Shown in pieces: positions 53,711 through 64,000 of a DNA stretch of 64,000 bases. Location of the stretch: the NCBI GenBank assembly GCA_051362555.1, contig CM120647.1, forward strand, positions 4,836,001-4,900,000. The letters run 5' to 3'. How positions within the stretch are numbered: position 1 is the stretch's first letter; the number at the start of each line of letters is the position of its first letter. Source of the stretch: Lingula anatina (lineage: Eukaryota; Animalia; Brachiopoda). A program made the translations under genes and the position numbers. The notes under the pieces are model-generated. The model was given only the letters and a program-made list of their open reading frames with translations, had not been told where the DNA came from and ran no database searches.

Positions 53711-56700
53711 TCAACACAATTATGCTGTTTTCAATTTTGGATACATTTGTTTAATTTTTGAGTATTTTTCTCGTTTGGACTCGGTAGTTACCTCCGGTTG
53801 GATCTTTTTGCATCATTTCTACTACACAGAATATCTTACAGTCGTAGGTCAGTAAAAGCTGATTTAAAAGCTGATTTTGTTCTAGCCATTGCGCAGCCCT
53901 TATAGTGGTATCGAGCAAACAGTGCAGCTGTCTAGTTTAAGACTGGGCAAGCACGTGCATTGTGTTTATATCTTCAAGAGCAAATGTTCTTCGATAAGCA
54001 AAAAATACAAAAACATTTTCTTTTAGATGAATATTATTCATTTTTCTCTTTACATCTTTAATACAGTAAATAAAATTAAATAAAGCAGAATTAAATATGT
54101 TTTACGTTTCATTTTGCTTTAATGACATTCAACTGCAGTTTATTTTGATTGACGGAAATCGTACACTGTCTCTGTTCGCCAGAGCTAGTAAAAGCGATCC
54201 CACCACAAGATTTTTAACAAACTAGCTTTTACTGTGTCCTGACACTCAGGGTAACATAATGGCTCTCAGGGAAAGGAAACCAAATACATTGCAAAAAGTA
54301 AATATGAACGGATTTCATTAACGGTGGTAAAAAAAAAACAAACGTGCTGCTTTTTAAATTAAAATGTGTAAAGTACAATGTTTGGTGTGTGGGACAAGCA
54401 ATTCTATTAAAACTACTACATGATGTTACAGGGAGTCCGGTAGAACGCTCGCAGCCCTGCTACTGCAGATCAAGGTAACTCAGAGTCAGTCATGATCTTT
54501 AAGTTACCTGCATGCTGTTTTTCGAATTAAGAGCACCCGCATAATATACCATTTAATCATAATAGAAGTAAGAGTTGTGCGTTTCCATTAGTCGTTGTTT
54601 TCATGATAAAAATAACAGTCACTATTCAGTTCACACTATACTTTAATATACAGCACAGAACGTGTTTTTTAAGTTTGTCGTAGAATAGGAATATATAAGA
54701 AATGCATTTCATATAGTTTTATAACGCTTGGGTGTAACGTGATTTAGGTTTTCGCAACTCTTGACCGAACTTTACATGTAAAGTACATATAATACATTAT
54801 CATCAGGAATGCGTGCAGATAAACTATGCGCTGAAGCTACTGTGCATGCCACCCTTGTCTTATTTACACATGCAACATACATTTGTTATGTTTTTTTTTT
54901 TTAATTTATCATCACAAAATTATGCAGTACACACACCCAAACTGCAGGTTCTTAGTTTTAGCTTTAAACACGCTACATATAACCAATGTACATTGAACTT
55001 AATTATGGGAAATGCATTAAATGAAATAAAGGTATAATTCTCCTCCAGTCCAAAACTTTAATTCTGTATTCACAAATTCATTTACCCGAATTCACAGATA
55101 ACCCACACTTTGCAAATTATCATTTCGATGAAGCACAATATACATATGTAGCTATGTTTATCTCTTTTCATCAAAAACCACCATTTCCAATTACTTTTCT
55201 ATTTCTTTTTTCTACATTTAAATGTTCTGAAATATGGCACAGGGTACGTAGTGCATGCAGCTGGACGAGCCAAAAGCTATTTTCCTATTTTAAGGTGCTC
55301 ATCAGTTGTCACTTAAAACGACAGCAGCATTTCGGGTAGCACAGATTAGATAGGTTAAATCTTTCTAAAGTCACACCCAGAAAAACAAAGTAAGCCCAGT
55401 AAAACAAGTAAATTACCTCATTGGGCCCGCTCACGGATAAAAGAATTGCGAAACCATTCTCTTTATAATTTCTATAGCAATACAGAAAACTGAGCAGAGT
55501 TAGGCAACGATTTGCTATTGCGTGTAGCAAAATAAAAATCCACACTTACCAAGAAGAATCTTGCTGTACTTGGATAACTTGAATGACTGTGTATTCTTCT
55601 ATAGATTGTCTTTACGCTATCTGTCTTCTTAGATGGCTAATGGACCTACGGCAGCTTGCGAATAAGTGAGCAGCGATAAAATATATGTATATGTATATGT
55701 ATATGAAAGTGATTGGCAACCAGCTTATTCATCACGTGACACTGTCAATGATATTTCTAGATTAATTCATTTGCTCCCGACGCCGTATACCTAAAGCTGT
55801 GTGCTAGATAGTTATGGTGGCTTCAGATACAAATGTCATGAGGCTTTTATATATTTATTTATTTGTTTGTTCATTTATTTATTTCCATTTTAAAATTCTA
55901 TCTGTTTATATATTATCATATTTACTAAGATTGTATAACCATCTCTTCATTATTACCAGGGTGAAAGACAAATATATTGTAGTACGTACAATCGCACAAA
56001 TAATTCACGTATTAAAATCACGTAATAAAACCGTTTGAATATACATTATAAAATGATTCTCAAAAGAACAAATAAGATAATTAATTGTATTTATGTAGGG
56101 AATGATTTGTTTCTAGTGGTAGTAACAACTTTATATACATAAATATTCTATTAATAGGGAAAAGTCTTTGGGGCATGTACAGTGGTCGGAATAATTTTGT
56201 TTCCGTTGTACACCGGTGTAACAACGTTCGAAATGTTTTAATCCCTATCTTGTGAATAGAAGGGGGCGGACAAACAATGGAGGGCCGTATAAATTCCTTC
56301 AAAATTCGAACGCACAAACACAATAGCTTAGGTGGAATAACACAATACTTAATACGAGTGAACCCCATGACGCCGGTTTCTGTGGCCCAGCGCGAGCGTG
56401 ACAATCCGCTGTAACTAGGTGTAATTAACAGCAGGATACATCAGCCAGAAGGTCCCTATTGTTTGTTGCGGCGATAGGATTATAGCTTGAAGAGGCTAAA
56501 CCCATGCTAAGGCGTGCCACGCGAAGCGAACTGTCCTTTTGTTCACTAGTTTGGCACGCGCAGCTGGTTTTTAGTGTTGCTAACAAACTGCTAGTTAAAT
56601 TTGTTATCAGTTATTTCATCCTATATGAAATTTCCGCAGTCAAAAATTGAACTAATTATTGTTTGTTTGGTTGAAATGCATGAGCGTCAGCATCAATCTG

Positions 56701-59700
56701 TCTCAAAAAATTCCTATTGCATTAATTTATAAATGTATAATTTATTTATGTACTTACGTTTTAATTTGAAATATCTGCATTCAAGCGTTCAAGTATTTAT
56801 AAAACATGAATGATAATGAAAGAGGAATAAGGAAATAACATATTACTTATATTATGCTTATATTATAATATTGAAATTAAATGAGGTGCATTGACATAGG
56901 CGCAATGACAATCCAACTACAACGTGCAACAGGGGGAAGTCTGGCTGTATGATCATACAATATACAAAAGTACGGTCAATTAAAAGTGTAAATCATCAGT
57001 TAAAGAGGAGGGGGTCTTACTATAACTCGCTATCTATTGTTAAACCCGACTGTTATTATCTCTCGAACAAGCTTAAAGCATGCCTATACAATTACTGTGT
57101 CTCCGGCTGCCGTTCAGAAACACCATGTCGAACATATTTTGCTACAGTGAGAAACATGGTACACTAGCGACTTGTTTTAGATCACTCAAGAAAGGATGCA
57201 TACGTGCGACACCAGAGGAAAAACAATCAAGTATGCATCTGATCCATTATAGTAATTGCACAGTGCATGTTACTAGACCTTTGTCCTAACTCAGTAGTTA
57301 GGAATAGGATGTTTGGATAAAAAGCTTCTATTCAACTCGCTTAGACCTAGGGCGTGATGCTATCATTCGATGAAACACGTAACTGAACCCTCTACCTGAA
57401 CCCGAAGTCCCTTCAGCTGAAACAAAAACTGCCCCTTGAACATGTCCATTTTTTAATCGTCAAATGATTTGTGATTTCATTGAACGTCTTTGATCGAAAG
57501 CTTTCAAGTGACAATAACCGAACCGTGTGTTGATTATTTATTAAAGCGTAATTAAGTTTATTCAACATGATCTATTTTGTAAACGATACTTGCCAAGATT
57601 GAGCTTGGATTGATCACCGTCACTTTTTAGCTACTCGCCTATAATGCGTGCTGAACGACAGACAACTTAAAAATATTATCTGTGTAACTGTGCAAATGAA
57701 CGCATTTAGTTAAAATATAACGAAGCCGGCATTTAATCCATCGAACATATTTATATTTGTTTTTTTTAAACCAGTGTAAGGTTAACGCCAAATCAAAGCA
57801 AGCCTTGCAGACTGGTTTTGTTTAAACTGTGGTGCATCAAGTAAAGCTAAGTAAAGGCTGTTTCTTCTTCGCGGTGTTCATCCCAGCCATAAAACTGCAT
57901 GAAGGATAACAAGACTCCGTAGACCTGTGCTTCAGGTTTCCAGGAGTCCCGTGTAACACAATAATATCGAAGGCCTGGGAGTAATACATATATGAGGCCG
58001 TGTATGAAAGATTTAACAAATTAGAAATTCAAGAATTTAAACATGCTACGTACATGCACATCACTTAATAAGTCATTTCACAAAAATCGCATCTAATTGT
58101 TTAGATTAACCTTTACTTTTATCGATCTCATCCCATTGTCTCAACCACCTAAAAGAAATATAGAGAACATGAGGAAAAGTAACACGTTTACATGCAGGCG
58201 AAGGAGTTATACTTCAATATTTATCGCGAACAATATCAACAGCGACTAAAGACCGTTGCCTGTCTTTCACGCTTTTACACAAACTCACGAAGGTTTAATA
58301 AAGGGAGTTCATTTGAACAAGCAAAGGGCTGACCCGAAGTAAGCTTTCTATACTAATGTCCTTTTTATTGTATATAGTAATTACTCTACTTGCTCGCCTC
58401 CATTGTCTTGTAAAAGTGACAAAGAATGTGTTGTATTCACACACGAGTTGAAAGAACTTTGCATAACTCCTTTGCCTGAAGTTGCATAATGTCTTACTCA
58501 AGATTATAATCAGTGTGAAGAGGGTGTCCTGCCTCATTTAAAAAGGGTGTTGTTCTTCATACTGGTTGTTGCTTAACTTATGCTAATCTTAAACTTTTAT
58601 GTACCAATATGGTTTTTATAAATAGCCAAAATTATGAATTTAATGAACATTGTGTATCAAACGTTTTGATACGATTTAAATAAATGGACGAGGAGGATGA
58701 CGGTATTAGGTTCTATCTACCTCTGGCTTTAACTTCGCCCTGGTATATAAATGAACAAATGTTGCAGATCGTAACAAAAAAACTTTCTTATAGTGTTTTA
58801 TGACATATATGATTTACACATTTGATAGTGAAACACTCCTCGACTTCAACGAATCACCTGACGTAAACTGTCTACCCGCGCTCCCCGAAAAAACTGTTTC
58901 TTTTAATTTTGAAATGAATTGCTTTTAAGGCAAAGAAGTCCATTAATCCCTTTAGTCTCAATATCATTGTACAGCATGTTGTAATCTATATTTAAAAAAG
59001 TTAATTTTTGTACTCCGCTTTCATCGAGGATACCTCAAGTTGAGGTTACAATTACGTCGCTCGCCTATGCTACTGGAATATATATTTAAGGACAAATTAA
59101 GCTTTGTAAAGTCACACACCATAGATACTTAATTTTGTCTTGAATGAAAAAATAGCCTCAAATTATCGTTTTGTGCTTAAACCTTTCGATACTTGAACCA
59201 AGATCTGTACTATAGCTACCAAGACGTACATGCATCAAGTCTGCTGGGGGAGGGGAGCATTTAAATGATAAACGAGGAAGTCTACCTGCAAAAGTGGTTT
59301 AAAAAATCGCCTTCTAGACTCCTTTTTCTTTGACAGCAACATAAAAAGTGTTTAGGGAGAAAGTCACACAAAGACCCGACGTTGTTTTGTCTTCAGCATT
59401 TCCTCTTCCTTGTTATCTGCAATTACTATCGTCAATTAATGAAATCGAGAAAGCAATTAAGTGACGGCACATTGAATATAGTCACTAGGTGCATTTCGCT
59501 GAGTGTTTACAAGATCTAACGACACATTTTATCGCCACGCGTTCTAGTTTGATTAGTTTAGAAAATTAAACAGTTACTCTGGCGGCTCTCCGTCATTGCT
59601 ATGTCCAAAATATTAGTAAATTCAGAATTATTAGCTAAAACGTAAATTGCCCTAATTTGTCAGATAATCAAAAATGCCGGTGATCCACGCGGAGGGTACG

Positions 59701-61084
59701 CTTTCCTGAAGGTAGCGGCGACGAACGGCGACGATATTTTTCTGAATAGTGAACCTTTATTAGTTACGAAAAGCCCCCTTTTCAACAGGCGCGTTTTATT
59801 AATTACTTCATGTCACAAAGTTAATTTATACAGGCAAAACTTTATTCAAGGAAATAGTTTCACGAAATGAACGAGAGTAAAATATAAGTCGGCACAAATA
59901 TAAGGCATACAACAATGATCATGTTATGGATCATGTTATGGGCCATGTCGGATTATAATGGCATACCTTGATGCAAAACAGTCTATCGTTTCTTCCACCG
60001 CGAGTCCCTTTATTTAATGTAATGTATTACTCATTACCCGTTTCATTTGACACTCTATCTTTTTATCTCCCTTCCCCTTTCTCTTGTTAGAAGGAGGGTA
60101 AATAATTAAGCACTCAAAATCTGCACCACCAATCTTCAGAAAAACATAAGTCAACGAACTAGTGGGCTGATCCACAACATCCGACACAGCAGAATGAATC
60201 AAATAACAGCTAGCACAAATTTATATGCAGTTAGCTATAGTGTCACTACATACATAATCAGCTGCACGCGCGAAGCTGTTGAACAAAAGGATAGTTCGCA
60301 ACGGGAGACCGTTTGTTTACATAAGTACTCTAAGGGGGCGTGGCTACCCAGGCGACCAGGGGATTAGGCTAGTTACTATACGCCGTCAACAATCGTTTAG
60401 CGACCCTATCATTATACACTCAATCTATTGTATTTTCCACCGCATTAATCGCAGTGTAATCTTCAAATGGTCCACGGGGTAAATGTACACATTCTTAATC
60501 CTAGTACGGTATCTGAACATTTCGACCTTTAGGTAGCTGACCAAGGCACGACGATAGCAGTTGTCCGGGGCACTGACATGTCTTAGCTGCTGTGTATCTA
60601 GGCATACACAAGTATTTTGTTATGATCAATGTGTTTGGTAGCTATTTCTATCGAGCTACATCAGTGAGAAGCCACTTATGGAAATCACTGTTGTAAAGTA
60701 TGTGTGCCAGTGGCTGCAAGTCTTTTAAACCACGATACTGTTGATGTGGTGACAGTATGACTGCACTTATGAATAGCTAAACTTGTAAAGGGTGAGATGT
60801 GTGAAACCTAGGGCAAAGACCCATTAAATGTGAAGTTTGTTTATTTTGTAGTCAATCGATAGTCTTTATCTGCTTGGATGTAATGCATAAGGCATTAAGA
60901 ACAATATTTATATCTGGTAGATGCGTGGAAGCTGACACATTGATAGGTTGGTTTGCTCGGACTTGTATAGTTGGGACAACTTACACATTCGATAAGTGGT
61001 ATGTCTTCGCAGCGTCGCTGCAAGGAGGCACGTCAATTGGAACAGCAGCCGACCTAATAGTCCTTGAACGGTCAAGCGTACTTA

Positions 61085-62012
61085 AGCCTCGGTCACACCG
61101 GCCGTACGGGCTCTTACGGGCTGTTTGCGTCCAAATTTTGCGCAGAATCTCACGTCCCACGCAAGTCCTTTTTACGAAATTTCGAGTTCGCAGACAGCCC
61201 GTAAGCACGTACGGAGGATGTTGGACATGTCCAAAAGATTCTACGAATAGCCTGCGAACAGCGAGGCCGTAAGCATAACTTGCCCCCCTCCCACGGAGTT
61301 AGCAAGAGAGATGCGCGTTGTGCAAGACGCACGTCGCAAGCAATGAAGGAGCAAGTGCCCTTTTCGTGTTGAGTAAGGCGCACGCCCTCCCAACTAACGA
61401 ACAAAGTCGAGAGCACACCGGGAATGCGTCGCACGTGCGTCACCCCCACGCCTGGTGTATGAAAGGCGTGCTCACGACGCACGCTCGTGTCTCTGCAATG
61501 AACGTCGACTGTGTAACGTGTAAAACTATTTTCAAAAATTTCATATTTTTGCACGATTTATTTTCCAATATGCCTCCAAAAGGCAAGAGAAAGAAGCTTA
61601 CATGGTAGATAAAAGGGAGGAGGAAGAAAGAAAAGGAGAACAGGAAGCAAAACTGACGTACGCCGTCAGTACGTCGCCACAAACGTGTGAGTCAAGTGTG
61701 AAACAAACTGACAGAAAAGGGCACTACTTTCGTTGTGTGTTGCTTTCCCTTCGTAAGTGGTGAGTGTGTGCCACGTACACAGGAAGCAAGACAAACTCGC
61801 CTCGGTCACAACCGGCTCAAGAAATGAGTACAATTTCCACGGCCATCGCTCCTTGCAATTAGCGTCCCTGCTTGAAATGACACCTCATGTGGCCCTTGCG
61901 ACTCGCAAGGAGACTTTCCTCTACCTCTACGAACTCCACGGCCTCCGCAACACCCAAAAATCGCAGGGGACGTACGATCCTTAAAGTCGTGCGTCCGGTT
62001 GTGACCGAGGCT
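61085..62012. mobile_element. Harbinger-type non-autonomous element
   Basis: TIR AGCCTCGGTCACA.CCGG ... CCGGTTGTGACCGAGGCT; TTA TSD at 61082-61084 and 62013-62015; first 170 bp nearly identical to 42580-42745; extra internal TIR copy at about 61799. Confidence 0.88.
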
Positions 62013-62351
62013 TTAACTGACACTGCACGTCATATTTTGTATCAAGGCAAAGAGAAAAAGCCAAGTGTTGTGATATAAAAATAGACGTTGACCCGCTATC
62101 TAAAAGCGCGAGTGCGTTTATCTTGTCATTCACTCTCACTGTAACGATGGGCAAAGTCACACACACCGATGCTTTTAAAAGCACGCTGACGCATAACCCG
62201 CCGCCTCAACTGACAAAACACTAATATTAGTCACGATTGACGATCTCGCACCCTGATCGGCATGAGTTGTTTCGGAGAATACGTGAAGTAATCTCGAGTG
62301 CTAATAAGCACAACCGGACACCTTGTACATGGGGAAAAGGGTCCGCGTCTT

Positions 62352-62751
62352 AACAATTGAAACACAACTTGCCTTTGTTCACCAACTTGATTCGCCCTGA
62401 CACGTCAATTTTCCTGAAATCGTCACACTGACAAACAACACAAGGGACAAAATGTCGGTTTGGCCACACTTTTTAATTTTTATGGATGACATCCTCTGGG
62501 GACCCTGAAATCGGTGTGAGAGGGCGGAAAAAACAGTTAAAAAAAGATGCTGCCTAAGTAAAGGAATGCTGCCAGTAAACACAAATTTACCACAGAAGCA
62601 CGTATCAAACTAACGATACAGGGTTACTACTTAATATGGCAAACAATTGAAACACAGCTTGCGGCTGTTCACCAACGCGATTCGCGCTGAAACGTCCATT
62701 TTCTTGAAATCGTCTCACTGACAAAAAACACAAGGGACAAAATGTCGGTTT
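62352..62751. repeat. Imperfect direct repeat of about 110 bp (62352-62461, 62642-62751)
   Basis: AACAATTGAAACAC...ACACAAGGGACAAAATGTCGGTTT occurs twice. Confidence 0.85.
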
Positions 62752-62998
62752 AATACTTATGTTTGACGGAACTTCGTCTTGTTTAGCCCTTGAAAACGAG
62801 ATAAAATAAGTAGCCCGTTTTGGTAAAGAGTGGTATTCGTAAACCGGGTCGTTGGCGTCCGCAGCTGATACGGTCATGTAATCTGCGAACTAAGTACAGT
62901 ACGTCACAGATCTGTCCCGCCTTGAGCTGACGTCATGTAGTGAAGACGAGACAAAGAAGAAGAAGAGTGGCTGACGCGGAGTTTGAAGTCTGAACTAA

Positions 62999-64000
62999 AG
63001 CCCCCGTCACACTTATTCGGAATCAGCAGGAATCAAGCAGAACCAGCCAGAATGACTAAATATAAAAATTCGTACTACATTCGGGAAGAAATTTCAAATT
63101 GACCTAAATTATTGTAAGCATTCCGTTGGAATACTCAGAATGCGCTTGAATCTGCCTGGAATGATTCGTGCACATTTCGGCTGTATTAGCTTTCAAATGC
63201 AGCTCGAATGTAGTTGGAAAACTAAGCATATCAGTAATGCTGTCAGAATGCAGTCAGAATATTTAGAATACGCTTCGAATGCCGTACGAGTGTAGTTCGA
63301 TTGCTGGCTGAAATAGGATCGAGATGCATTCGAGTTGCATTCCGGCTCATTCTAGCAGGATTTAAAGTGTCTTAATTGCCATTTCCCCAGCAGGCATAGT
63401 CGCATTGATCCAGCCACGTCAAAACACCGACATAATGTGACGTTGACTCAACGTTGTATTTTGGTCATTGACACAACCTTGCAGACATGGATTGTAATTT
63501 AAAACATTAACTATTGAAAACATGATACCTTGTTTATATATATATAAAGAAAATAACTATATATATTAAGCTAAACCTTGGAAATTTTAACTTAAAGGCC
63601 ATACATATAAACCCTACATATGTTTTGTACCAAAAATAAAAACATTTCAGGTCATTTTAATGTCTTTTCATGCAAGAATGTTGTCAAACAATTGCGGTTG
63701 ATACAATGTTGTTATCTGACATTGAGTCAACTTTCAAATACAATGTTTATCTAACGTATTGTCAACGTTATGGTTCAACGTTGTTTAAACGTTAAAACAA
63801 CATAATTTGCCCGCTGGGTTGGTTCTCCCTCGAATGTGATCAGAATGTTTCGAATGCTGTCGGAATGCCGTGAAAATATTTAGAATGCAGTCATAGTGTA
63901 GTTAGAATACTTTTCGAATGCCATTCGATAATTTTCCACTTGGAATGCACTTCAAAAGTTTTTTTTAACATCAGCAAAACAATCGGGCCGGCCACAAAAA
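62999..64000. mobile_element. Left part of a Harbinger-type element running off the window
   Basis: TAA followed by AGCCCCCGTCACACT (TIR resembling the other Harbinger ends); internal GAATG/TTCGAATG repeats; right end not visible. Confidence 0.6.
63385..63818. mobile_element. EnSpm-like MITE nested in the preceding element (related relic at about 17180-17365)
   Basis: CCCAGCAGGCA ... TGCCCGCTGGG inverted ends, TT on both sides, many CAACGTT repeats. Confidence 0.65.

Noticed and set aside
55549-55680. Possible non-coding first exon of the minus-strand TSP1 gene (GTAAGT donor)
   Set aside because: Only a donor motif and AT-rich upstream sequence; it cannot be linked to the gene without transcripts.
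57080-57170. THAP-like start (YNYCVSGC); similar hints near 22530 and 62877 (minus strand)
   Set aside because: Too short and degraded to support a call; at most old transposon debris.
60874-62184. Several 60-134 aa ORFs
   Set aside because: They lie mostly within a GC-rich non-autonomous Harbinger element; no domain signal.

Overview
AT-rich, repeat-dense eukaryotic DNA with GT-AG introns and (AT)n/(GA)n microsatellites, probably from an invertebrate. The organism cannot be fixed from sequence alone. (1) A tandem family of tiny two-exon genes for secreted 6-cysteine peptide precursors, largely missed by the ORF track: signal peptide, short pro-region, RR site, variable mature peptide. There are two intact copies (7684-8605, 19048-19938), one frameshifted copy (29929-31105) and three exon-1 relics, co-duplicated with decayed initiator-tRNA-Met genes. 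(2) A full-length two-gene PIF/Harbinger transposon inside that cluster, with its third catalytic Glu changed to Gly, plus several Harbinger-type MITEs, EnSpm-like elements, and LTR, hAT, Tc1 and LINE remnants. (3) An apparently intronless, disrupted GT32 / polysaccharide pyruvyltransferase / GT32 fusion gene on the minus strand. (4) A partly decayed multi-exon minus-strand gene for an extracellular Cys-rich protein with three intact thrombospondin type-1 exons. All family assignments are from motif recognition by eye; no database search was run.
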